From Octopus vulgaris (Eukaryota): a DNA stretch of 64,000 nt. The position numbers and the translations under genes were made by a program. The notes under the pieces are model-generated. The model was not told the origin of the DNA, did not search any database, and saw nothing but the letters and a program-made list of their open reading frames with translations. Below, piece by piece: positions 27,364 to 40,303 of the stretch (position 1 is its first letter; each line of letters begins with the position of its first letter). The DNA lies in assembly GCA_951406725.2 (NCBI GenBank), contig OX597820.1, positions 34,348,001 through 34,412,000 on the forward strand, in the 5' to 3' direction.

Positions 27364-27831
27364 GGTGGTGAGCTGTCAGAATTGTTGGCATGCTCAATGA
27401 AATGCTTAGTGGTATTTAGCCCATCATTACGTTGTGAGTTCAAATTCTGCTGAGGTCAGCTTTGACTTCCATTCTTTTGGGGTCAATAAAATAAGTACCA
27501 GTGTAACACTGCAGTCAATGTAATCAACTAGTCTCCTCCCCCAAAATTTCTGGCCTTGTACCTATAGTAGAAAGGATTATTATTATTATTATTATTATTA
27601 TAGGCACAAGAGTGGCTGTGTGGTAAAAGTAGCTTGCTTACCAACCACATGGTTCCGGGTTCAGTCCCACTGCGTGGCACCATGGGCAAGTGTCTTCTGC
27701 TATACCGTCAGCTGACCAAAGCCTTGTGAGTGGATTTGGTAGGTGGAAACTGAAAGAAGCCTGTCATATGTATGTATATATATATACATACAAATATATA
27801 TATATATGTAGCAATTGGTGTAGCAATTGCA

Positions 27832-27926
27832 TGCGGCTGAAGAGGGCTTTTGAACTATCTGTTATGTCGATTATGCATTGATGTAAGAATAAGTTGTTCT
27901 ATAAAGCTCGAAACATATGTACCGCA
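27832..27926 (+). ncRNA. Type I hammerhead ribozyme, complete core
   Basis: Stem I TGCGG/CCGCA; core CTGAAGA; stem II GGGCTTT/AAAGCTC extended by GAAC/GTTC; GAAA; palindromic stem III ACATATGT; GUA triplet, predicted cut after 27921. Confidence 0.8.
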
Positions 27927-27967
27927 ACATCCTTTGTGTCCTGTTTTTCATTTATTTCATTTGATAC

Positions 27968-28002
<35 letters not shown>

Positions 28003-28003
28003 A

Positions 28004-28325
28004 AAGACTCCGCCAGTTACGACGACAAGGGTCCCAGCTGATACAATCAACGGAACAGCTTGCTCGTGAAATTAACGTGCAAATGGCTGAGCATTCCACA
28101 GACACATGTACCCTTAACGTAGTTCTCGGGGATAATCAGCGTGACACAGAGAGTGACGAGGCTGACCCTTTGAAATACAAGTACAACTCATTTTTGCCAG
28201 CTGAGTGGACTGGAGCAACGTGAAATAAAGTGTCTTGCTCAAGGACACAACACGTCGCCGGGAATCGAACTCACAACCTTACGATCATGAGCCGAATGCC
28301 CTAACCACTAAGCCACGCGCCCTCA
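28004..28325 (-). mobile_element. SINE family B, tail 3
   Basis: Family B head and core with a distinct tail; close copy at 38724-39045 (-); CpGs well retained. Confidence 0.85.
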
Positions 28326-29399
28326 CTGTATGTATGTATGTATGTATGTATGTGTGTGTATATGTTTGTGCACCCCACCCACCCGACATCGCTTGACAAA
28401 TGACTGAAACAAGTAAAAGAGTATTATTATTATTTAATGTCTGTTTTCCATGCTGGCATGGGTTGAATTGTTTGGCAGCAGCTGGCAAGCCAGAGGACTG
28501 CGCCAGGCTTTGCCGCCTGTGTTGACATGGTTTTTATGGTTGGATGCCCTTCCTAACACCAACCATGTAATCGTTTTGCTTTTGATATACAGCCTCAGAT
28601 CGAATCACTTGCCAGGCAAGTATACCTCTAAAATTTATTTAATGTTTGCAGTAAATCAAGGCTATCATAGCCTTTGACACTGTCTATACGCAGCTTTTAA
28701 AAATTATTTTGTTTTTTTTCAATTTAGATTTTTCTTTCTTTTTGACTTAATTGTGTTCAATTATTATGGAATTTTCAAGTAGGAAAATCAAATATGACAC
28801 CCCTCCTATAATATACATTTATATTGTATCATTCATTTTTATTATTTTCTGTGAACATGTCTGGCAGTGAGGGAATATTGCCTTGCTTGAAAACAAGTGA
28901 TGATTGGTGATAGGAAGGGCATCTGGGTATTGAAAAATCTGCTTCAATTAACACTGTCCACCCTATGTAAGCATGGAAAAATGGATGCTAAAATGATGAT
29001 GTTATAAGTGTGTGTGTGTGTATGAACGAGATTTATAATGGGAGTTTTATTATTAAGAACTAAATACAATACACAACACAAACACCAACACTCAGCTACC
29101 TTGCAAATGAAATAAAAAAAATTTGTATTTTAAAAAGCACCCATGCCTGTGCTACATAAAAAACACCCATACACTCTCTAAAGTGGTTGGCATTGGGAAG
29201 GACATCCAGGCTGTAGAAACCATACCAAAACAGGCAACAGGAGCCTGGGGTGACCCCCTACCTAGCCAGCTTTTGACAAACCATCCAACCCATGCCAGCA
29301 AGGAAAAGGGATGTTAAATGATGACATATGGAGAAAGGGGCAGTGGCCATAGTCATCATGGGCTCTTTGAAAGGGGTTAAAATTTATAGCATTATTGCT

Positions 29400-30490
29400 C
29401 CTCGCACTTAAACTGTTATAAGTTGATAACTACAGGAAAGACATGAGCAAGAACAATGTTCCTGTGGGCTGATAATCTTGGGAAGATGGACTTAGCATTG
29501 GGGTCAGTGTGGGCTCTGAGGATTTGGCTACAACTTGGAAGAAATAAGAGATATATGTAAGCCAAGAATGCATGAATAGAAGTGACATGAGATCTGCTAG
29601 ATGTAAGGAGCAAAAGACGTAAAAGCAGCAGAAAAGGCTAAGAGGAAACAGCATGTCTGTGGGCCTGAGGCCCAAGTGTATGTCGGAGCGACTTAATACT
29701 TATCAGTCAAGTGGCCTTTTCCTTCATGCAATCTAAGATGTGTGATGATGTTTTCCTGACAAGATTAGGGCTGGAATTTTATTTTGTTTTGTACTTTTTC
29801 TGTTGAAAGACCCATGGTTAGAGTGGCCTCATTGGTAGATGCTTTTGAGGTCTTTGTTCATTGAGACAGTACAGATTCAGTGTATGATGTATAGGATTGC
29901 ATGTGGGGTGGATGATGATTGATTGGAGACAAATAATGAGGGATGAAGTGCTACATCTGTCATCTGTGTAAGAGTGATGGACATGATGGTGTGTAAGTAT
30001 TTTATGTACAGAAGGTAGAGAGTGAGGACAAAACCACTCCCTGGGGCATGTTGGAGTTGATAAAAGTGGGACAGTGAAAGTTCCCTCAGCACATACCATG
30101 ATAGTGACATCTGAATGGAAGCTACCAATGCAAGAAATATGCAGATGGAGCCCATAGGCAGGTGGTTTTGGAGGAGATTTGCATGTCAGATGCAGTCAAA
30201 AGCTTTTCTGATGCTAAGGGCAACAACACTTCTTTCTCCAAAATTTCCTTGTTGGGTTAGATTTGGTAGAGATTTGCTAAATATGTAAGGTGTGGCATTA
30301 GATGAAAAGTGGGTAGCATTCACTGCAAGGGTTAGGGTTATTATTGTTGAGAAATGAAGGCAAATTATTGTTCATGGAGTTATTATTTTTGAGAAATGAA
30401 GGTAAAGAGGACTCTGCAAAGTCAGAGGAGATTGGATATCCTTTTGGCCAGGAACCAGAAGGGACCTGCTGCAGTATAGGTAGCAGGAGG
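29400..30490 (-). pseudogene. Decayed non-LTR retrotransposon reverse transcriptase (CR1/L2/Jockey-like)
   Basis: Minus-strand frameshifted motifs in the expected order: GERSVVALSIRKAFD (30195-30239; cf. ALDISKAFD), a remnant of PQGSVLSPTLFLLYI, and HSYTDD (29959-29976; cf. YADD). Confidence 0.75.
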
Positions 30491-30520
30491 CGGGATGGGT
30501 AAATACTACACAGTTTTCAT

Positions 30521-31108
30521 TTGTGGATTCAAATTGAAAAATTATTTAATTTTTGTTAAATCTACACTAAACTGTGTGTAAAAGACGAAAAAAAAAATTA
30601 AGCTGTGACAAATAGATGTTGGAATATCCGTGAACTGTAGCAGAGGAGTAGCAGGCATGGATGGATGGGTGGGGACTCTGAATAGCAGCCACATAATTAT
30701 GACGGGGACTACTTGGAGTGGAGAAATTGGGGTGTTGACCTTTTGCTGTGTTGGAGACATGGCATTAATCAAGAATTAACTGTTAATCTAAATCCAGTGA
30801 TAAAAATTTCATCAGTTATAACTTCTTTTCCCACTTCTTCCATCACTTCTTTTTGGACCCTCCTCCTCCCCTCCCCCTCCTCCTCCTCCACTACCACTTA
30901 GTTCCTCTCTGCTCTTTTTTTATATCTTCTACTTAACATTCTCTGATCCATTGCTAACCCATCCATCCATGCCTGCTACTCCTCCGCTACAGTTCACGGA
31001 CATTTCAACATCTATTTGTCACAGCTTAATTTTTTTTTTTCGTCTTTTACACACAGTTTTAGTGTAGATTTAACAAAAATTAAATAATTTTTCAATTTGA
31101 ATCCACAA
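30521..31108. repeat. Long fold-back element, ~150-bp near-identical arms, ~285-bp spacer
   Basis: 30521-30670 is the reverse complement of 30957-31108 with only a few mismatches. Confidence 0.95.
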
Positions 31109-31354
31109 CCTAACAAATACATAAATATATAAAAACAGCATCAGAATATTGCCAATGTTTTATTTTGTTTGTTGTTGTTGTTGTTGTGGCAGCTGCTGCT
31201 GCTGCTAAGGACCTTGTTTATTAGAGTTTGTTGTTTATTATCCAGAAGCCGAAGCAATCACAGTACCAATTATTTAAATTATAACTTTACTTGAAGCCAT
31301 TATCGCTAATTCAGGCTCATACTCACTCACTCTTTCCTATTCTCTTTCTTTCTC

Positions 31355-31425
31355 CTGTGTGTGTGTGTTTGCATATATGTATATGTTTGTGTGTATACAT
31401 ATACATATATGTATGTGCATTTGTA

Positions 31426-31458
<33 letters not shown>

Positions 31459-31711
31459 GTGTATGTATGTTTGCATATATATGTATGTGCATTTGTGTGT
31501 GTGTATATATATATATATATGTGTGTGTGTGTATGTATGTTTGTGTGTATACATATACGTATATGTATGTGCATTTGTATGTGTGTGTGTATATATATAT
31601 ATGTGTGTATGTATGTTTGCATATATGTATGTGCATTTGCGTGTATGTGTATATATATATATGTGTGTGTGTATGTTTGTGTGTATACATATATGTATAT
31701 GTGTGTGCATT

Positions 31712-31744
<33 letters not shown>

Positions 31745-31827
31745 ATATGTATACCCACATGTATGTATATGTATGTTTGCATATATATATATTTTTATGT
31801 ATATGTTTGTGTGTATACATATTTGTA

Positions 31828-31861
<34 letters not shown>

Positions 31862-31939
31862 GATAGATAGATACATATGTGTATGTATGTATATATATAT
31901 ATATATATGTATATATATAGATACATATGTGTATGTATG

Positions 31940-31982
<43 letters not shown>

Positions 31983-32001
31983 ATACATTTGTGTATGTAT
32001 G

Positions 32002-32032
<31 letters not shown>

Positions 32033-32085
32033 GTATATATAAAGATACATATGTGTATGTAAGTATATATGTATTTGTATATATG
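31355..32085. repeat. Compound TA/TG microsatellite with recurring gtgcatttg / gtttgcatat sub-units
   Basis: Directly visible; source of the 150-260 aa Tyr/Ile/His/Thr ORFs. Confidence 0.95.
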
Positions 32086-32596
32086 TATCCCGTCTTCCGC
32101 ATATTGCGTACATTATCTTTCCTGTAAGCTTGCTCTAACTTCTTTTCCTCTTTTCTTTGTATTCTTTGTCTTTCTTTGTAAGCATCATCTTTTTATAACA
32201 CCGACACCAGCAGCAATAACAGCAGCGATAACAATAATCATTAGAGTTTAATTTTCTATAGTGAGTATATATATAATATGAATGCATATGTCCTCTGCAT
32301 GGCCTTTATAACTTGCCACTCACCCCCATACAGACACACACATGTACACACAAACATACCACATACACAAACTTAGAAAACACCTCTGCACATGATAACC
32401 GTCCTCACACCATCACCTCTGTCTCTTAAACAACACCAACGTAAACTGTATGGTAAATAAGCAATCAAGCAAAATTTTATACTGGTCATTAACTTTTGTT
32501 GCCATTTTATTGTTGTAGTTTTGCATGTGCATGGGTGTTTTGTGGTTATTTGAGTATGTGCATGTATTTTTATATATGCGTGTGTATGTGTGAGTA

Positions 32597-32644
<48 letters not shown>

Positions 32645-32728
32645 AAGAAGAAAGAGGCAGTCAGAATTTTGGATAATTCTTTATTAGTGCTTTCAATACC
32701 ACTTCAAACATTCTATATATATATATAT

Positions 32729-32919
32729 AAACAATTGCAGCATGGAAGGTGTTTATAGGCCATTTAAGAAACACACAAAAACTGTTAGATTCACTTCAAC
32801 ATTTAAATTTAATTTGCCAAAATATTTTCGTCGCTTTGAGACCGTGACCTGTTCACTGACAAAATTCAGTGCTGCATCTCTTAAATGGCTTATAAACACC
32901 TTCCACGCTGCAATTGTTT
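32729..32919. repeat. Fold-back element, ~40-bp arms, ~110-bp spacer
   Basis: aaacaattgcagcatggaaggtgtttataggccatttaaga pairs with tcttaaatggcttataaacaccttccacgctgcaattgttt. Confidence 0.9.
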
Positions 32920-33247
32920 TTGTTCCCGCACACGATCTCAGATCAGGTCACTTTACTATGCAAGTACATCTCCATAATATATATATATATCCTTTAAGCT
33001 TACTTGAAACATTTTGGATATGCAAATAGAAGCTCATATTCTATTATGCTGGCTACAGCTCCCATGATGCCAACTGGCATTACCATTTTTTGGAGGTTAT
33101 ACTGAGTTATGCCAAAATAATTTGGGATAGATATAGTAATGATGATAATCGTTGGACAGAATTTATAAATATTTTAATGCATCGCTGCACGCGTTTCTAC
33201 AAATTACATTTCTTAAGATTGGAGTCCATATTCCTGGGATTGACACA

Positions 33248-33297
<50 letters not shown>

Positions 33298-33540
33298 GGA
33301 ACAGAGTTTAAAAACTATATGTACTGGGGGTCAATTTGTTTAGCTAAACCTATCAAGGCAGTGCATCAACATGGCCACAGTCCAATGACTGAAATGAGAG
33401 AAAGATAAAAAAATAAAGATGTGTGTGTGTGTGGGCGAGAGGGAGAGCGAGAGAGAGACAGAGTGCATATGTAAATACATTTATATCTACTATATATATA
33501 AATGCGAATGTATGTGGTTATGTTTTTTTCTTTTGTTTTT

Positions 33541-34191
33541 TATTCCTTTATTTGTTTCAGTCAGTTGATTGCGGCCATGCTGGAGCACCATGTTTAGTCG
33601 AACAAATCGACCCCAGGATTTATTCTTTGTAGGGCTAGTACTTATTCTATTGGTCTCTTTTGCTGAACCACTAAGTTACAGAGATGTAAACAGACCAGCA
33701 TCGGTTGTCAAGCGATGGTGGTGGTGGAGGGGGCAAACACAGACTCACAAGCATACACACACACAAACATATACATACATACATACATACATACACATAA
33801 ATCTTTAGTTAAATTTATTCAATGAGAATATTATATACTGAATTTATATTGAGTGCTCTATTGTATCAAAGTATTAATACTATTAAAGTATTTATGTATT
33901 TAATATGACCGATTATATATATTTTTTATATTTTATAATATATTATTATTAATATAAGGAAATCAATATTAGAAAATTCTTCAGAAAGACGTATACGTGT
34001 GTAAAATAATTGATGTATTAAAAATATAAATATATATATATATATATAAAAATATACATTATATATTTATACTTATACATATTTACATATATTTTTATAT
34101 ATATTTATATTTTTAATGCAACATTTATTTTACACACGTATATATCTTTCTGAAGAATTTTCTGATATTAATAATAATATATTATAAAATA

Positions 34192-34235
<44 letters not shown>

Positions 34236-34370
34236 TACATACATATATACGATGGGCTTCTTTCAATTTCCGTCTACCAAATCCACTCACAAAGTTTTAG
34301 TTGGCCCAAGGCTATAGTAGAAGACACTTGCCCAAGGTGTCACACAGTAGGACTGAACCCAGAACCATTT
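33541..34370 (-). mobile_element. Family A SINE with an AT-rich fold-back insert (~33927-34193)
   Basis: Tail at 33541-33760 and head at 34248-34370; the insert has arms agaaaattcttcagaaagacgtatacgtgtgtaaaataa / tattttacacacgtatatatctttctgaagaattttct. Confidence 0.75.
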
Positions 34371-34867
34371 GTCTTTAGCCCTAAAAATGGCTCTGAAACT
34401 GCATCCTCAAATATAACAAATTTGGTTTCCCAAATCTGCACTTCACCGACAATATCATTCATAAATAATAATAAAATATAATTTGCTATGAGAAATAACT
34501 CAACTTTTAGATTGGCAACTCTCTCATTCTCTATCACCATGAGCCTATATTTCTCTATATATTTACCATACTTTTCGACACTCACTCTCTTTGTATATGT
34601 CTTAACTCTCATATGTTGTTTTCATTTCGTTTAAAACCTCTTTTAATGTTTGCTTTCATTTTATGATACATAGTTTATCATGCACAAAATGCTTCCACAT
34701 CCTGTTTTCTGATTGAGTAAAAATAATCAAACTTTAAACCTCTGTAGCATTTTTCTAAAATTTTTCTGTAATAAATTAATCACAGATTCATCATGAAAAA
34801 GTACATCAACATACCAAATTTGAACCATTTTCACTTAATTTCAAAATCTGTGACAGCAACAGAGAAG

Positions 34868-34907
<40 letters not shown>

Positions 34908-35549
34908 AATTTTCTCATGGTAAACCTTTTCACTCTCTATAAAAATATGTCACTCATGCTGAGTGTGTGTGTGTTTTTCAGTTTGTTTGTATGCATGTGA
35001 TTTAAAAAAGATATGTCAAAGATAATTTATTTTAATAGCTTACTTTATGTTTTGAGTTCCAATTAGGACCAATTAGCAACCAGACTTCATGCAATAGATC
35101 ATTCTAGATCCTTCTAGAATGTCGTAGTACAAGGGTTATAAAAAGCATGTTTTTAGTGCCAACTTTTAGTATGTGGCAACCTGCAGTCCAGCTGCACACT
35201 TTCTTTTGATCTTGTAATAGTTGTTTACATGGTTCCTACTCAACATGGATATGTCATTATGGTTGGCTGACATGAATCTAATGAGTATATTTTCTCCTGC
35301 CTTTGCGTATTGAGTATTCGGACTACTCTGTCATAAATATTATCATCTTCATTCAATGTCCATTGTCCATTAATGCTTATTTATTCACATTGTTTTGAAT
35401 TAATTATGTATTATCTTGTAGCTTTGAAATTTCAATGATGTAATTATTTATATTTATGAATGGCATTGCAGGATAGGTGTGAGAGGCCAGATCTGGCCAG
35501 TTTAAACATAAAATAACTAGAACAGGCGCAAGAGTGGATGTGTGGTTTT

Positions 35550-35930
35550 AGGTGCAGGAGTGGATGTGTGGTAAGTAGCTTGCTTACCAACCACATGGTC
35601 CTGGGTTCAGTCCCACTGCATGGCATCTTGGGTAAGTGTCTTCTACTATAGTCTCAGGCCGACCAAAGCCTTGTGAGTGGATTTGGTAGACGGAAACTGG
35701 AAGAAGCCCATCGTATATGTATGTGTGTGTGTGTGTGTGTGACTGTGTTTGTCCCCCCAGCATCGTGTGACAACCGATGCTGGTGTGTTTACGTCCCCGT
35801 AACTTAGCAGTTTGGCAAAAGAGACCGATAGAATAAGTACTAGGCTTATTCTATCGGTCTGGAGTCAGTTTGCTTGACTATAAAGGTGGTGCTCCAGCAT
35901 GGCCACAGTCAAATAAAAGAGTAAAAGAGA
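35550..35930 (+). mobile_element. Family A SINE, full length
   Basis: Head, (TG)n, and tail ending aaaagagtaaaagag; inserted in a minus-strand piggyBac-type MITE (~35370-35972). Confidence 0.9.
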
Positions 35931-36387
35931 ATATTTAGGCTGGATATGGTTGGTTTAGATGCTAATGGGTTGAGTAAGGAGCTTTTGTAACCAACTATTT
36001 ATGAATGCTACAGAATTATTCTTATAATTGCATCGACTTGTTATGGAAACTTTCTAATGACCAGCCTGAAAAATTACATGTGTGATGAAATGAATTTATA
36101 GTTAAATGTTTGCAAGGTGTTGTTACATCATTCACATGCAGCCTTACCATCAAACCCATTTCTGTCAGCCCTTTTGTTATCATAATTTTGTTGACATACA
36201 CTACCCTTGTTCAATTAATTTTGCAAGATGAAAAGTTTAATCAAATAACTTTATTAAGCAAGTGTTTGGAATGTGACCTAACATGATAATTTGATGGAAG
36301 ATTTTAATTCAGATTACTTTAAAACAGGAAGTTTGATACTAGGTGGGTATCAAAAAAAGGTTAAGGTGGTAGGGTTTTGACTGCTAT

Positions 36388-36740
36388 TACTCTTTTACTT
36401 GTTTCTGTCATTTGACTGTGGCCATGCTGGAGTACCGCCTTTAATCGAGCTAATCGACCCCAGGACTTATTCTTTGCAAGCCTAGTACTTATTCTATTGG
36501 TCTCTTTTGCTATGTTACGGGGACGTAAACACACCAGCATTGGGGACAAACATATACACACACATACATATATACGACAGGCTTCTTTCAGTTTCCGTCT
36601 ACCAAATCCACTCACAAGGCTTTGGTCGGCCCAAGGCTATAGTAGAAGACACTTACCCAAGGTGCCATGCAGTGGGACTGAACCCGGAACCATGTGGTTC
36701 ATAAGCAAGCAACTTACCACACAGCCACTCCTACGCCTAC
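36388..36740 (-). mobile_element. Family A SINE
   Basis: Reverse-complement match to 35550-35930. Confidence 0.9.
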
Positions 36741-38723
36741 TAACAAATGTAGTGACTGCCCAGAGACTTCTTGAGTTATGTAAGGAGGAGAAAGAACTGG
36801 AAAGTCATGAAATCAAATCCAATGTGGATATTTTATTTTGCTTGTGGGCAAGACACTATATTCTACATTACCTTTGTTCACCTATCTATTACTATATCAA
36901 GACAATCAGTGTTGTTATATACTGCTGATCACTGTATGGTCGCTTGTATTGTTGGAGCTTTTGAATGATGCCACTCTGCTGGCTAGACAGGCAGGCAGCC
37001 AGGCTGGCCAATATTCTATTTGAAAGGAATGCTAGTCTATTGTAAGGTTACTCAATTACAGCTGAGTAAGCTGAGGCAACATGAAATGAAGTGTTTTGCT
37101 CAAAAACACAATATACCACTTGTCTGGGAATCGAAACCACAACCTCATGATTCTGAGCGCAACACCCTAACCACTAGGCCATATGCTTTCATGTTAAAAA
37201 TATGTATTCTAATACTCTGGAAATATTGGTTTCAAATTTTGGCACAAGGCCAGCAATCTTAGAGGATAGGGTAAGCTGATTACATCGACTCCAGTACTCA
37301 ACTCGTACTTATTTTCTTGACCCCAAAAGGATGAAAGGTAAAGTTGACCTTGGTAGAATTTGAACTCAGAACGTAAAGACGGACAAAATGCCGGGGAGTA
37401 TTTTTCCTGGCATGCCAATGAATCTACGAGCTCCCTGTCTTATAATCTGGAAATGTTACCTGTGGCAAACTGGTGTCTTTCCCATGGAGACATGAAGATG
37501 GAACGCTGACACAGAAATCACATGATGGGACACGTAGTGCCTCCATTATAGAGTTGAGTTGTCGACAAGAAGGAGAAAACCAAAAAAAATCACCTCCAGT
37601 TGCCTCCCCCTCCTTCACGCAACCACCATCACCATTAAAGCCTTCGCCTTTCCTCTGTTATGTGATCACTCTTCTATCACCTCTGATCATCTTTCGTAAC
37701 GCTTACATCACTACGCATCACCCTGCAGTAGCCACCTCCTCACCATCACGTTTGCTTCTCTGGTGTTATCTCATCGTCTCATTGTTTTTCATAACCTCCA
37801 ATTACCTCACATCACCTCCAGTTATCTCCCCCTCGTTACCACCCTCTGCCTACCCTTCTCTCTCAGAAAGAGAGAGAGAGAGTGAGAGTGAGCGAGAAAA
37901 AGAGAGAGAATTACTGCTGCAGGTTACTTCACTTGTAAATGCATGTAGTTATTTTGTTAATAAAACTCATTTATTTCCCACTAAATTTTAATAACGACTA
38001 TAATGCTGGTTTATATGTGGGCTGATGAGTTTGAAGTGTGTGTGTTTGTTTATGCTTGTATATATGTGTTTACGTGTATGCATAAATTTATTCAATGACA
38101 GCCATTTTCCCCATCTTCTCTGGGTGTATGAAAATGTATTTATATATATATATACACAAACATCAAGATGGTTGTCATTAAACTCAGTGGGCAACCATAA
38201 GCTTATCTGCACATATTAATAAATGTGTGACTCAAACCCAACAACTGAGTACTTTACCCTGATTAAGGAGTTGGAGTTCAAAAAGTCAATCTGTCTAAGC
38301 ACGAAATTGGTGCCATTCTCTTCTATGCTTGCACTGGCACCTTCTCACCCATTCTCTGTATGTGTATGTGAGTTCCCGTAATGTTTGTTTTCCATTTCTG
38401 TAAGGGTGGGACAGGGAGTTACTTGAAGCAGAATTTTATAGCCATATGCTTCCTGTCACCAACTCTTATATACTTTTTTTTTTGTACAAATAACGGTATT
38501 TATTGTTTTATTTCCAATGTCTTTGGAAGCACAGAGCAATTAGTTATAATGTCAACAAGGAATGTCAACATCGCTCACCAGTTGTAACAAGTGAAACTTT
38601 AGGGCATCAGTATTCATGGAGTGGAGGACATTTCCCCCTTCCCCCCATGGAAATAACTTCCCCTAAGGACGATTACCTCTGAGGACAACAGATGAAGATT
38701 TAAAACTTTTTAATATACTAGGA

Positions 38724-39045
38724 GTACTCCGTCGGTTACGACGACAAGGGTCCCAGCTGATACGATCAATGGAACAGCCTGCTCGTGAAATTAATGTGCA
38801 AGTGACTGAGCAATCCACAGATACATGTACCCCTAACGTAGTTCCCAGGAAGATTCAGCGTGACACAGAGTGTGACAAGGCTGGACCTTTGAAATACAGG
38901 TACAACTAATTTTTGCCAGCTGAGTGGACTGGAGCACCGTGAAATAAAGTGTCTTGCTCAAGGACACAACGCGTCGCTGGGGATCGAACTCATGACCTTA
39001 CCATCGTGAGCCAAATGCCCTAACCACTAAGCCACGTGCCTTCAC
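38724..39045 (-). mobile_element. SINE family B, tail 3
   Basis: Aligns by eye along its length with 28004-28325. Confidence 0.85.
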
Positions 39046-39304
39046 AATATACTAGAGATGGGGTAATTAACCAGGGGAGAGGAATTGTCATGGGGGGGGG
39101 TTGTACTATGGTGGGGTAATTGTCCAGATACGGTATTCCAGCACACATTAGCATGCCTCACCCACCCATATTTACATATGTGCCTACATATACATACACA
39201 CATGCATAAACTTACATACATACATACATACGTACATACATATGTACATCCATGTGTGGGCATACCAATGGTAGTAAGCAGTTCGGCACAAGCCTTTATT
39301 GCAT

Positions 39305-39530
39305 ATCATCATCATCATCATCATCATCATTTAATATTTGTTTTCCATGCTGGCATGGGTTGGATGGTTTGACAGGAGCTGGCAAACCAGAGAGCTGCAC
39401 CAGGCTCCAGTTGTCTATTTTTGCGTGGTTTCTATGGCTGGATGCCCTTCCTAATGCTAACCACTTTACAGAGTGTACTGGATGCTTGTCATGTGTCCCC
39501 AGCTCAGATGCTTTTTACTTGGCACCAGCA
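39305..39530 (-). mobile_element. Family D repeat (probable RTE-type 3' end with (GAT)n tail)
   Basis: ttccatgctggcatgggttgga...ggctggatgcccttcctaa..caaccact; also at ~10795, 28430, 29150 (+), 45760, 53137 (+), 54730 (+), 55470 and 62960. Confidence 0.7.
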
Positions 39531-39683
39531 CAATCAGTCTTATTCTCTCCCTAATCAATTGCACTGTAATGTTTACAGTAACAAGGTTTTATTCTAAAGG
39601 TAGGCCTTCTTACTTTTCCTGGTGCTGCTGAGTGTGTTTTTCCCAGGCCCATGCCGTGGGTAATATCTCAGGGTAGATGACAT

Positions 39684-40083
39684 TTACTCTTTTACTCTTT
39701 TCAGTCATTTGACTGTGGCCATGCTGGAGCACAGTCTTTAGTCGAGCAAATGGACCCCAGGACTTATTCTCTGTAATCCTAGTACTTATTCTGTCGGTCT
39801 CTACTGCCGAGCCGCTAAGTAATAGGGACTTAAACACACTGGCATCAGTTGTCAAGCGATGTTGGTGGGGACAAACACAGACACACAAACATATATACAC
39901 ACACATACATACATACATATATATGATGGGCTTGTTTCTGTTACCGTCTACCAAATCCAATCACAAGGCTTTGGTTGGCTCGAGGCTTTAGTAGAAGACA
40001 CTTGTCCAAGGTGCCATGCAGTGGGACTGAACCCGGAGCCATGTGGTTGGTGAGCAAGCTACTTACCCACACAGCCACTCCTG
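39684..40083 (-). mobile_element. Family A SINE, full length
   Basis: Complete head, microsatellite and tail. Confidence 0.9.
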
Positions 40084-40094
40084 TATATCTAATT

Positions 40095-40303
40095 TAAATA
40101 TGGCCATATTTGGGTCAAATATCCTGTTTTATGTTCAAACCAACCAGATTTAGCCTCTCACCCCTACCCTACAATGTCATTCTATACACAAACAATTGCA
40201 CCATCGAAATCTCATGGCTACAAGATAATGCCTGATTAATTCAAAACAATGCAAATAAATTAGCATTACATTTGACAGGGTAATCTTTTTACTAAAGGGT
40301 TAA
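40095..40303 (+). mobile_element. piggyBac-type MITE, family 2 (ends ctaaagggTTAA)
   Basis: Same body at ~22400-22600, 35370-35520 (-), 50104-50557 and 63820-64000. Confidence 0.7.

Larger units (their letters stand above)
27602..28422 (+). mobile_element. Family A SINE with nested inserts
   Basis: Head at 27602-27770 and partial tail at ~28365-28422, with the hammerhead element and a family B SINE inside the microsatellite. Confidence 0.7.

Noticed and set aside
31291-32113. Long ORFs of 150-260 aa (also 47502-48354, 20185-20877, 48893-49630)
   Set aside because: They are translations of TA/TG/CA microsatellites that lack stops in several frames, with no protein-like complexity
32790-32865. 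Hammerhead-like arrangement on the minus strand of the fold-back spacer
   Set aside because: Stem II and GAAA are present, but the CUGANGA core is not recognisable
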